Below the pieces are notes generated by a model that saw only the letters and a list, made by a program, of their open reading frames with translations, was not told the origin of the DNA and did no database searches. From positions 1-12,636 of the forward strand of contig JBKJLC010000285.1 in the NCBI GenBank assembly GCA_046597055.1: a DNA stretch of 12,636 nucleotides, written 5' to 3'. Made by a program: the position numbers and the translations under genes. Source of the stretch: Kofleriaceae bacterium (GTDB lineage: Bacteria > Myxococcota_A > Polyangia > Haliangiales > Haliangiaceae). Positions 1 through 10,829 of this stretch are shown one piece after another; the first letter of the stretch is position 1; each line of letters begins with the position of its first letter.

Positions 1-2689
1 AGCCGGCGGTCTGGAGCCCGGCGGCAATGCCGCTGATGGTCGTGAAGATCGCGGTCGACAGCCGCGCCCGATCTTCGTCCGAGGCGCCGTTGGCCTCGGC
101 GGCGCGGATGCGCCGGAGCAGCTCGATCTGGCTGTGGCTGAGGACGTCGAGGTAGGGGTTGCGCCGGCGGACCGATTCGGCGAGGTACGGGCGATCGGTG
201 AGGCGGCTGTCGAGATCGAGCTCGGCGAGCACGCGGCTGGTGCGCGCGTGCTCCTCCTCGATGATCTGGAACAGGCCCGCGACGTCGGGCTCGGCCAGCG
301 TGGCGTACTCGCGGGCGACGTCGATGTCGGCGCGGATCAGCGCCATCTCGGTGTTGTGGGTCAGCGCGCGCAGGAACCGCGACTGCTTGATCAGGCCGCG
401 CACCGCCTCGGCGCCGAGCCGCGCGACCAGGCCCTCGAGCCCGCTGCCCACGCCGAACCAGCCGGGGATGCCGTGGCGACTCTGGTTCCACGAGAACACC
501 CACGGGATCGCGCGCAGATCCTCGAGCGAGAAGCCGGCCTTGCGTGACGCCGGGCGCGAGCCGATCGGCAGCTTGCCGACGTGCTGGATCGGCGTCGCCG
601 CCAGCGTGTAGCGGGCGAGCCGGTCCTTGTCGTCGGTCAGCCGCTGGTAGGCGGCGAGCGCGGCGCCGGCCGCGACGTCGAGCGCCTCGTCGATCGGTGG
701 CTCGCTGCCGGTGCGCTCGTCGGCGGCGGACCGCAGCACCGCGCCCAGGGTCAGCTCGAGATCGCGGTGCGCGATCTCGGGCCGTGCATAGCGCGCGGTC
801 ACCGTCTCGCCCTGCTCGGTGACCCGGACCCGTCCGCGCAGGGCGGCCGCCGGCTGGGCGCGGATCGCCTCGCCGGCGGGGCCACCCCCGCGCCCGATCG
901 CGCCGCCACGGCCGTGGAACACGGTCAGGATCACGCCCGCCTCGTCGGCGACGCCGGCCAGCTCGATCTGCGCCTTGCGCAGCGCGACCGCCGACGCCAG
1001 GTAGCCGACCTGCTTGCCGGAGTCGGAGTAGCCGATCATCACCTCCAGCTCGTCGCCGATCTCGTCGCGCACGATCGGGTGGGTCACCATCGCGTGGGCC
1101 AGCTCGCCGGCGCGCTCGAGATCTTCGAGCTGCTCGAGCAGCGGGACCGGCCGCAGCTCGCCGGGCGCGAGGCCGGCCGCGCGTGACAGGTAGATCACCT
1201 CGAGCAGGTCGGACAGGTTGTTGGTGAAGCTGACGACGTAGCGCTCGCACGCGCGCTCGCCGAGCTCGCGACACGCGCGCCCGGCCATGTCGAGCGTGGC
1301 CAGCGTGTCCTGGGTGGTCTCGCCGAAGCCGGTGCGGTCCCACACCGGCTGGACCGGACGGGCGAGCACCTCGCCGAGCACGCGCCGACGCCCGGCCTCG
1401 TCGAGCGCGGCGTAGCCGGGGCGCCCGCTGGCGGCGAGCAGCTCGTCGACCACGCGCTCGTGGACGTGCGAGTGCTGGCGGATGTCGAGCGACGCCAGGT
1501 GGAAGCCGAACACCTCGGCCCGCCGCTGGCACGCGCGCAGGTGGCTGCGGCCGAGCCGGCCGAAGCCGGCGGCGCCGAGCGTGCGCTCGAGCAGCGCGAG
1601 GTCGCGCAGGTAGCCGGCGACGTCGACGTAGCCGTCCTCGCCACGGGCCGCGGTCGCGCGCAGGCGGGCCGCCATGTAGAACAGCTTCTCGCGCCACGGC
1701 TCGTGCATCGTGCGCGGGCGCGCGCGGGCGGCGACCTCGGGCAGCCGGGCCCGGTCGCGCTCGAGGCTGTCCTCGAGCTCGGCGGCGCCGGCCGGATCGG
1801 CGGCGCGGTGGGCCGCGACTGACAGCGCCCGCCCGAGCTCCTGCACGTCCTGCAGGTAGCGGGCGAGCACCGCCACCCGCTGCCGCTCGAACACGGCGCG
1901 GGTGACGTGCGCGGTGACGTTGGGGTTGCCGTCGCGATCGCCGCCGACCCAGGTGCCCCAGCGGAAGAAGGTCGGCAGCCGCCACGCGCGGTCCGGGTAA
2001 CACGCGGTCAGCGCGTCCTCGAGATCGGCGTAGACGTCGGCGGTGACCTCGAACAGCGTGCGCCGAAACACCTCGACCGCGGTCTCGATCTCGTCCTGCG
2101 GCGTGGGCTTGCGCACCCGGGCCTCCTCGGTGCCGAGCAGCGCCAGCACCTCGGCCGACAGCTCGGCCTCGGCGTCCTTGCGGGCCGGGCCGCCCAGCGG
2201 CCGCTCCAGCTCGTCGAGCAGGCGCGCGATCGCGCCGAGGTGATCGAGGATCGACCGCCGGCGCGCCTCGGTCGGATGGGCGGTGAGCACCGGCATCACC
2301 AGCGCGCGGTCGAACAGCGCGGCGACCTCGTCGGCGGTCATGCCGGCGTCGCGCATCGCGCGCACCGCGCCGGCCACGCCCTCGCCGGTGTCGTCGCGGC
2401 CGCGCAGCACGCGCACGCGCTGCTGCTCCTCGGCCGCGTTCATCAGGTGGCACCAGTGGGTGTACGCGCGCGCGATGTCCTCCATGTCCTCGAGCGGCAG
2501 CGCGCTGATGCGGGCGGCCAGCGCCTCCCGTCCGCCCGGCAGCTCGCCGGCGCGCAGCGCGACCGCGTCGTCGCGGAAGCGGTGGACGAGATCGGCCAGA
2601 CGCTGGCCCGACAGCTCGCGCGTCGCGAGCGTCAGGTCGGTGCCAAGGCGGTCGAGATCGGCGGCGAGCAGCGACGAGGGCGGGTGCAC
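1..2689 (-). CDS. ppc: Phosphoenolpyruvate carboxylase (bacterial/plant type), about 896 aa. The stop codon is probably cut by the window edge.
   Basis: Absent from the ORF track; translated by hand. These PEPC motifs all fall in one minus-strand frame: [13 protein letters not shown] (~2260-2293), [18 protein letters not shown] (~1913-1966), VPLLEQ (1130-1147), [11 protein letters not shown] (1013-1045), [14 protein letters not shown] (~878-919), [29 protein letters not shown] (~482-517), RRNPY and C-terminal [13 protein letters not shown] ending at nt 2. Base 1 reads T on the minus strand, consistent with the first base of a stop codon. A GTG start at 2689 gives the typical N-terminus (LAADLDRLG...); the exact start is less certain. 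Confidence 0.97.
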   Translation of the reverse strand, partial: MHPPSSLLAADLDRLGTDLTLATRELSGQRLADLVHRFRDDAVALRAGELPGGREALAARISALPLEDMEDIARAYTHWCHLMNAAEEQQRVRVLRGRDDTGEGVAGAVRAMRDAGMTADEVAALFDRALVMPVLTAHPTEARRRSILDHLGAIARLLDELERPLGGPARKDAEAELSAEVLALLGTEEARVRKPTPQDEIETAVEVFRRTLFEVTADVYADLEDALTACYPDRAWRLPTFFRWGTWVGGDRDGNPNVTAHVTRAVFERQRVAVLARYLQDVQELGRALSVAAHRAADPAGAAELEDSLERDRARLPEVAARARPRTMHEPWREKLFYMAARLRATAARGEDGYVDVAGYLRDLALLERTLGAAGFGRLGRSHLRACQRRAEVFGFHLASLDIRQHSHVHERVVDELLAASGRPGYAALDEAGRRRVLGEVLARPVQPVWDRTGFGETTQDTLATLDMAGRACRELGERACERYVVSFTNNLSDLLEVIYLSRAAGLAPGELRPVPLLEQLEDLERAGELAHAMVTHPIVRDEIGDELEVMIGYSDSGKQVGYLASAVALRKAQIELAGVADEAGVILTVFHGRGGAIGRGGGPAGEAIRAQPAAALRGRVRVTEQGETVTARYARPEIAHRDLELTLGAVLRSAADERTGSEPPIDEALDVAAGAALAAYQRLTDDKDRLARYTLAATPIQHVGKLPIGSRPASRKAGFSLEDLRAIPWVFSWNQSRHGIPGWFGVGSGLEGLVARLGAEAVRGLIKQSRFLRALTHNTEMALIRADIDVAREYATLAEPDVAGLFQIIEEEHARTSRVLAELDLDSRLTDRPYLAESVRRRNPYLDVLSHSQIELLRRIRAAEANGASDEDRARLSTAIFTTISGIAAGLQTAG

Positions 2690-2812
2690 GATTCGTTGTA
2701 CCCCGCCGCCGTGCCGGTGCCCGCCTGCGAACGGCCGCAGTCGGTCCCGGTCGGGCCTCTGGCCGTGAGCGCACCTCACGCCAGCGGCAGTGGCCGGCGG
2801 GTCAGCGCCCGA

Positions 2813-3712
2813 TCACGGCGCGAGCTCGACGATCGGCCAGTTCACGGTCAGCCCGTCCGCTGCGAGCGCGGGCGCGGCGGTCGCGCTGGCCAGATCGGTG
2901 ACTCCCGCGAACGCCGCGCTGTCGTAGATGTGCAGCTCGCGCAGCGGTGAGTAGGTTGGTGCGCTCGGCAGCGCGGCGACCACCGCGTGGGATCGGCCGG
3001 TGTCGTCGAGCTTCCAGCCTGACGGCGGGCCGCCACCGGGCTGGCCCGGGTTGATCGCGTACGCGGCGTACACGGCCGACACCGGCGTGCCGCCGGCGCC
3101 GACCGCGAGCGGTCGCTCGCCGAAGTTGAAGTACTGGATGATCTGGTCCTGGTACCAGCCCTGGTGCAGGTCGGCGTAGTCGCCGGGGAGCCGGCGTCGC
3201 GCGATCGAGCCGCGCGGGATCACCGGACAGTTCACCACCTGGGCGGTCGGGGTCTCCACCAGCCCCTCGGCGACGATCTCGTCGTGGCTGGTCACCGTGT
3301 TGGCGACGTAGTCGGCCGGCACCGCGACCATCACCACCTGCCACAGATCGTTGTAGCCGGGGTCGCCCGGGATCACATCGACGACGTTGAGCTGATCGCT
3401 CACTGGCCGGCGATCGCTCTCGCGCACGAACACGTAGATCGGCGCCGGCGCCCTCGGCCGAACGTCCCAGTCGTACCAGCTCACCGCCTCACCGGCCGGC
3501 CCGAGCCCGCGCATCAGAAACGGCGGCTGGTCGAAGTCCACCCACCCGTCGGGGCCCGGCAGCGCCGGGCGCAGGTCGCGCCGCAGCAGCGTGCCGGCGG
3601 TCGCGCTGAAGCGATCGATCGGCGCGCGCTCGGCGGTCTTCGGGTCGCGCCCCGTCTCCGGATCCGCGCAGGCCCCCAGCCCCAACACCAGCGCCACGGC
3701 GGACGGCTTCAT
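2813..3712 (-). CDS. Putative lipoprotein, 299 aa, with two tandem copies of an uncharacterised ~100-aa domain
   Basis: The N-terminus MKPSAVALVLGLGAC has a basic residue, a hydrophobic stretch and a lipobox (LGA-C). Internal duplication: GLGPAGEAVSWYDW..PAPIYVF..NVVDVIPGDPGYNDLWQV..VTSHDEI..VVNCPV versus GWYQDQIIQYFNF..PVSAVYAAY..AVVAALPSAPTYSPLREL..VTDLASA..TVNWPIV. Strong GC bias at third codon positions in this frame. Confidence 0.85.
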   Translation of the reverse strand: MKPSAVALVLGLGACADPETGRDPKTAERAPIDRFSATAGTLLRRDLRPALPGPDGWVDFDQPPFLMRGLGPAGEAVSWYDWDVRPRAPAPIYVFVRESDRRPVSDQLNVVDVIPGDPGYNDLWQVVMVAVPADYVANTVTSHDEIVAEGLVETPTAQVVNCPVIPRGSIARRRLPGDYADLHQGWYQDQIIQYFNFGERPLAVGAGGTPVSAVYAAYAINPGQPGGGPPSGWKLDDTGRSHAVVAALPSAPTYSPLRELHIYDSAAFAGVTDLASATAAPALAADGLTVNWPIVELAP

Positions 3713-3720
3713 TCCGCTCG

Positions 3721-3726
3721 ATGCTA
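3721..3726 (-). promoter_or_regulatory. Candidate -10 element (TAGCAT), 8 nt before the lipoprotein ATG
   Basis: TAnnnT hexamer directly upstream of the start codon, with no clear SD. Part of a pattern repeated across the window. Confidence 0.5.
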
Positions 3727-3776
3727 CGCCCGCTCCCGGGCCTGGTTACCGGGCGTCCTTCGGCCGGCGGGTCCGA

Positions 3777-5633
<1,857 letters not shown>

Positions 5634-5638
5634 GCGGC

Positions 5639-5644
5639 ACTCTA
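5639..5644 (-). promoter_or_regulatory. Candidate -10 element (TAGAGT), 5 nt before the ABC exporter GTG
   Basis: TAnnnT hexamer directly upstream of the start codon, with no SD. Confidence 0.5.
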
Positions 5645-5650
5645 GGCGGA

Positions 5651-5807
5651 GCGCGGGCCCGGGGCCACTCCCTCGAATGCCTGGCGGCGCGCCTCCCCGA
5701 ACGGGCGGCTAACGCCCCAGCGAGCGGAGCGAAGCGGTCAACAATGACGCCGGGGTCCAGGGTCACGAGTCAGGCGCGAGGTCTGCCTTCTCCAGGGGAG
5801 CCCGCGC
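5651..5807. repeat. Intergenic nested inverted-repeat element of unknown class (REP/attC-like relic or structured RNA)
   Basis: Nested complementary arms: 5651-5658/5800-5807 (8 bp), 5680-5684/5792-5796 (5 bp), 5688-5694/5772-5778 (7 bp) and 5715-5722/5748-5755 (8 bp with one G-U on the minus strand). Inner GTCA-ACAA-TGAC hairpin at 5737-5748. Confidence 0.4.
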
Positions 5808-5817
5808 GTACCGTCTC

Positions 5818-6558
5818 CTAGCGATCGCGGCCGGAGCGGACCACGATCGAGTCGGCGAAGCCGCGCAGCGAGAGCTCGAGCGTGTCGTCGGAGTGCATGA
5901 CCGAGACGCGATCGCTGGTCTGGCTGCGATCGCCGGGCGCACAGTCGATGCTGCCGTCGGCGATCAGCGCGAGCTTGATGTGCGGGTTCGACTCGGCGAA
6001 GAAGTCACACAGCTCGTCGGCGCCGGTCTGGGTCAGGTTCTCGGCGACCGCGACGCCGCGGATGTGGTTGCGCGGGCGCTCGATCAGGTCGATCGCCTCG
6101 AGCGGGGTCGCCGCCTCGTACGAGTCGCAGCCGGCCACGCGCAGCGCGTCGGCGACCCGGCGCCGCCGCTCGGCCGACGGATCGACCACGACCATGCGCG
6201 GTCGCATCGAGGCCTCGACCGAGGCCAGCACCTCGTCCTCGATCACGTCCTCGACCTCGGCCGCCAGCGGCCCGAACCGGATGATGACCTCGCCGAGCTC
6301 GCAGCGATGGATGCGGCCTTCCTGCGCCACCCAGCCGCCATCGCCGATCTCGAGCTCGACCGTCGCGGGTGTCCCGGGCGCAGGACACGGCGCCGCGTCA
6401 TCGGTGCGGCGCACGCGGACGCCACCGAGCGAGAGGTCGACGATCTTTCCGCGGAGCGCGATCTGCGCGGCATGAATCACCGCGCCGGCGTCGAAGTCCG
6501 CACGAAAGTGCCGGCGTCGGTCGTGACTCGATTCACTCCCACTGCGCCTGTCACTCAT
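5818..6558 (-). CDS. PilZ (c-di-GMP-binding) domain fused to an atypical receiver-like domain, 246 aa
   Basis: Both PilZ motifs are present: RxxxR (DRRRHFR) and D/NxSxxG (VDLSLGG). The C-terminal part has receiver-fold periodicity (MVVVDPSAERRRRVADALRVAGCDSYEAATPLEAIDLI...RGVAVAE...GADELCDFFAESNPHIKLALIA). A GGGGAGG Shine-Dalgarno precedes the ATG. Confidence 0.85.
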   Translation of the reverse strand: MSDRRSGSESSHDRRRHFRADFDAGAVIHAAQIALRGKIVDLSLGGVRVRRTDDAAPCPAPGTPATVELEIGDGGWVAQEGRIHRCELGEVIIRFGPLAAEVEDVIEDEVLASVEASMRPRMVVVDPSAERRRRVADALRVAGCDSYEAATPLEAIDLIERPRNHIRGVAVAENLTQTGADELCDFFAESNPHIKLALIADGSIDCAPGDRSQTSDRVSVMHSDDTLELSLRGFADSIVVRSGRDR

Positions 6559-6566
6559 AACCCTGT

Positions 6567-6573
6567 CCTCCCC
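6567..6573 (-). promoter_or_regulatory. Shine-Dalgarno sequence of the PilZ gene
   Basis: The minus strand reads GGGGAGG-ACAGGGTT-ATG, an 8-nt spacer to the ATG at 6558. Confidence 0.75.
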
Positions 6574-6603
6574 GCTGATGTCGTGACGTGAGTCCCGTCA
6601 TCC

Positions 6604-6633
6604 ATACTAGGGAACGGTCCACGCGCGCGTCCA
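6604..6633 (-). promoter_or_regulatory. Candidate sigma70-type promoter for the PilZ gene
   Basis: Minus strand: TGGACG (6633-6628), 18-nt spacer, TAGTAT (6609-6604), about 45 nt upstream of the ATG. Pattern match only. Confidence 0.45.
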
Positions 6634-6675
6634 CCACGAATCGCGCGACCAACGAGATCGCCGCCGCGCGCGTGG
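6619..6675. repeat. 11-bp perfect inverted repeat with a 35-nt spacer between ppk1 and the PilZ gene
   Basis: CCACGCGCGCG (6619-6629) and CGCGCGCGTGG (6665-6675) are exact reverse complements. The arms are low-complexity and there is no U-tract. Confidence 0.5.
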
Positions 6676-6714
6676 GTGGCCCCGACCCCCGGCGCCGTCG
6701 ACGACGATCCGCCG

Positions 6715-9003
<2,289 letters not shown>

Positions 9004-9013
9004 GAGCCCAAAA

Positions 9014-9019
9014 AGTATA
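9014..9019 (-). promoter_or_regulatory. Candidate -10 element (TATACT), 10 nt before the ppk1 ATG at 9003
   Basis: 5/6 match to TATAAT, in an AT-rich patch within very GC-rich DNA. Confidence 0.55.
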
Positions 9020-9087
9020 GCGCGGGGCCCGAAAGGGCACGTTTCACGCCGGTGACGGCGGTGCGGCCAGGCGGCGGCGCCCGGCGG

Positions 9088-9699
9088 TCAGCGGATGGTC
9101 GCGACCGGCGCGAGCGTGTCGAGCGCGAGCGCGGTCAGCTCGCCCGGGGTCACGATCCAGAGCACGCCGCCGCTGGCGTGGTACGGCTGGGGCGCGACCG
9201 CATCAGCCGGTAGCACGCGGCGGAGCTCGCCGACCCGCAGCTCGCGGCGGGCCGGGTCGTAGCCGACCGGCAGCGGCCCGGTCGCCGGCGGGAACGCCGC
9301 GTCGGCCTGGGCCGGGGTCAGCGCGCCCGAGGAGGTCTTCTTGCGGCCGCTCGACAGCGACAGGTCGAAGTTCGCCGGCGCGCCACCGCGTTCGACCCGG
9401 ACCGAGACCAGCTCGGGGGTGACCCGCACGCCGATCGCGCCGGGGCGGCCAGCGTAGGTGGGCACGAAGCCGCGCCAGCGGAGCTCGCCGCGGGTCCACA
9501 GCTCGGTGTACCCGTGCGGCCCGGCGCGCTCGGCGCGGACCGCGACGACGCCGTCGGGCAGGGCCAGCACGTCGACGAACCCACCGGGGGCCGGGCGGGC
9601 GCCCCGCATCCACAGTCCCAGCGCGAGGCCGGCGCCGATCGCGACGGTCATCGCGATCACCACGACCAGGGGACCTCGGATGGTGCGAGACCGTTTCAC
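9088..9699 (-). CDS. Hypothetical protein with an N-terminal membrane anchor, 203 aa
   Basis: A basic N-terminus is followed by one hydrophobic helix (LVVVIAMTVAIGAGLALGLW). The rest looks beta-strand-rich (GVVAVR, ELRWRG, VLWIVTPGELTALAL). The ORF fills the gap between its neighbours and has GC-biased third positions. Confidence 0.75.
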   Translation of the reverse strand: MKRSRTIRGPLVVVIAMTVAIGAGLALGLWMRGARPAPGGFVDVLALPDGVVAVRAERAGPHGYTELWTRGELRWRGFVPTYAGRPGAIGVRVTPELVSVRVERGGAPANFDLSLSSGRKKTSSGALTPAQADAAFPPATGPLPVGYDPARRELRVGELRRVLPADAVAPQPYHASGGVLWIVTPGELTALALDTLAPVATIR

Positions 9700-9705
9700 G
9701 CGCGG

Positions 9706-9714
9706 ACCCTAGCA
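9706..9714 (-). promoter_or_regulatory. Candidate extended -10 element (TGC-TAGGGT), 6 nt before the GTG at 9699
   Basis: TGn-TAnnnT pattern with no SD. Confidence 0.5.
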
Positions 9715-9735
9715 GGATCCGAGGGGCTTTTCCGC

Positions 9736-10251
9736 CTACTCGAGGTCGGGCTCGGGCGCGACGGCCGCCTTGGCGTCCGGCGGCGGGCCCGCGATCTTGT
9801 GCTCGAACGGCTTGGGCCGGCTGAGCATCGGCGGCGCGTCGATCTTGGCCTGGACCAGCACCTTGCGCCCGACCGCGAAGAACACGGTCATCTTCGCGGC
9901 CTCGCTGATTTCGACGACGCCCTGCCCGAAGGTCGGGTGCTCGACGCGCTCACCGATGGCAAAGCGTTCGTTGGCCTTGTAGGTCCGCACCGGCTTCGAC
10001 AGGTCGGCGGGGACGTGCGGCGTCTCGAAGCGCTCGACGACCTTGGGCTGGCGGGGGGCACGCACGGCGGTGCGCGGCTTGCCGGTAACCGCCTCGACGA
10101 CCTTGTTCGGGTGCCGGTAGCGGTGCTGGGCGTTGCACTCCTTGCAGATGACCCGGACGATCTCTGGACCGACCTTGGCCACGATGACGTGCCATACGTC
10201 ACCGCACTTGCTGCAAAGAGCTTCGATGTCTGCACCGACGGGCGCGCTCAT
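9736..10251 (-). CDS. Small protein with an N-terminal zinc ribbon and a C-terminal PcrA/UvrD-type Tudor-like domain, 171 aa
   Basis: Zinc-binding pattern CSKC-x4-H...CKEC-x3-H, then a basic/Pro linker, then FAIGERVEHPTFGQGVV...KMTVFFAVGRKVL. The latter matches the (F/W)xxGxxVxHxx(F/W)GxGxV...FxxxGxKxL pattern of UvrD/PcrA C-terminal domains. GGAG lies 5 nt before the ATG. Confidence 0.85.
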   Translation of the reverse strand: MSAPVGADIEALCSKCGDVWHVIVAKVGPEIVRVICKECNAQHRYRHPNKVVEAVTGKPRTAVRAPRQPKVVERFETPHVPADLSKPVRTYKANERFAIGERVEHPTFGQGVVEISEAAKMTVFFAVGRKVLVQAKIDAPPMLSRPKPFEHKIAGPPPDAKAAVAPEPDLE

Positions 10252-10260
10252 GAGTTCTCC

Positions 10261-10269
10261 ATGATAACA
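10261..10269 (-). promoter_or_regulatory. Candidate extended -10 element (TGT-TATCAT), 9 nt before the ATG at 10251
   Basis: TGn plus a 5/6 match to TATAAT, inside the 29-bp divergent intergenic region. Confidence 0.55.
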
Positions 10270-10280
10270 CCGCCGCGGCG

Positions 10281-10829
10281 ATGAGCATCGTTCGACTGCG
10301 CCCCGTCTGCGAGGACGATGTCGATAACATCCTGACCTGGGTCAACGATCCGGAGATCATCGGGAACATCGCGGCGTTCTCCGGCCGCGCATTCTCCCGA
10401 GAAGACGAGCTCATATACATCCGGCGCACCCTGGCGTCGACCTCCGACCGGGTGTTCTCGATCGAGGACGCGGCGACCGGCCGGTACCTCGGACAGTGTG
10501 GGATCCACCAGATCCACGATCGGTCGAAGGTTGCGCGGCTTGCCTGCATCATCGCCGCGCGCGGGGACATGGGCCGCGGCCACGGCAGCGCCGCGATCCG
10601 GCTGCTGGTCGACCACGCGTTCGGGCCGCTCGGGCTCCACAAGCTTTGGTTGATGGTGTTCCGCCACAACGAGCGCGGCCGCCGGATCTACGGAAAGCTG
10701 GGGTTCGTCGAGGAGGGCATCCTCCGGGACGAGTACTTCCACGAAGATGGCTGGCACGACATGGTCCGGATGAGCCTGCTCGACCGCGAGTGGCCGGCGC
10801 TGCGCGAGGCTCAGCGACAGATGCCGTAG
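10281..10829 (+). CDS. GNAT N-acetyltransferase, RimJ/RimL (SpeG-like) family, 182 aa
   Basis: VRLRPVCEDDVDNILTWVNDPE start, acetyl-CoA motif DMGRGHG, AFGPLGLHKLWLMVFRHNERGRRIYGKLGFVEEGILR and GWHDMVRMSLLDREW are all typical of this family. Substrate unknown. Confidence 0.93.
   Translation: MSIVRLRPVCEDDVDNILTWVNDPEIIGNIAAFSGRAFSREDELIYIRRTLASTSDRVFSIEDAATGRYLGQCGIHQIHDRSKVARLACIIAARGDMGRGHGSAAIRLLVDHAFGPLGLHKLWLMVFRHNERGRRIYGKLGFVEEGILRDEYFHEDGWHDMVRMSLLDREWPALREAQRQMP

Noticed and set aside
134..2950. Plus-strand ORFs in the track (134..547, 581..1186, 1460..1822, 1907..2950 and others) and minus-strand 1195..1644
   Set aside because: These are antisense or off-frame shadows of ppc, which has all catalytic motifs in one minus-strand frame. 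High GC suppresses stop codons in the other frames.
5707..5787. Functional integron attC site or gene cassette array
   Set aside because: Only one good core site (GGCTAAC/GTTAGCC) is present. There are no paired L boxes, no second copy and no integrase in the window. It is kept only as one hypothesis for the structured element.
5634..5817. Definite 6S RNA or c-di-GMP riboswitch
   Set aside because: The size and rod shape are suggestive, but I cannot identify the conserved sequence motifs of either family. A covariance-model search is needed.
9027..9038. GCCC-GAAA-GGGC tetraloop hairpin upstream of ppk1 as a terminator
   Set aside because: The stem is only 4 bp, the GNRA loop is on the strand opposite to transcription, and there is no adjacent U-tract.
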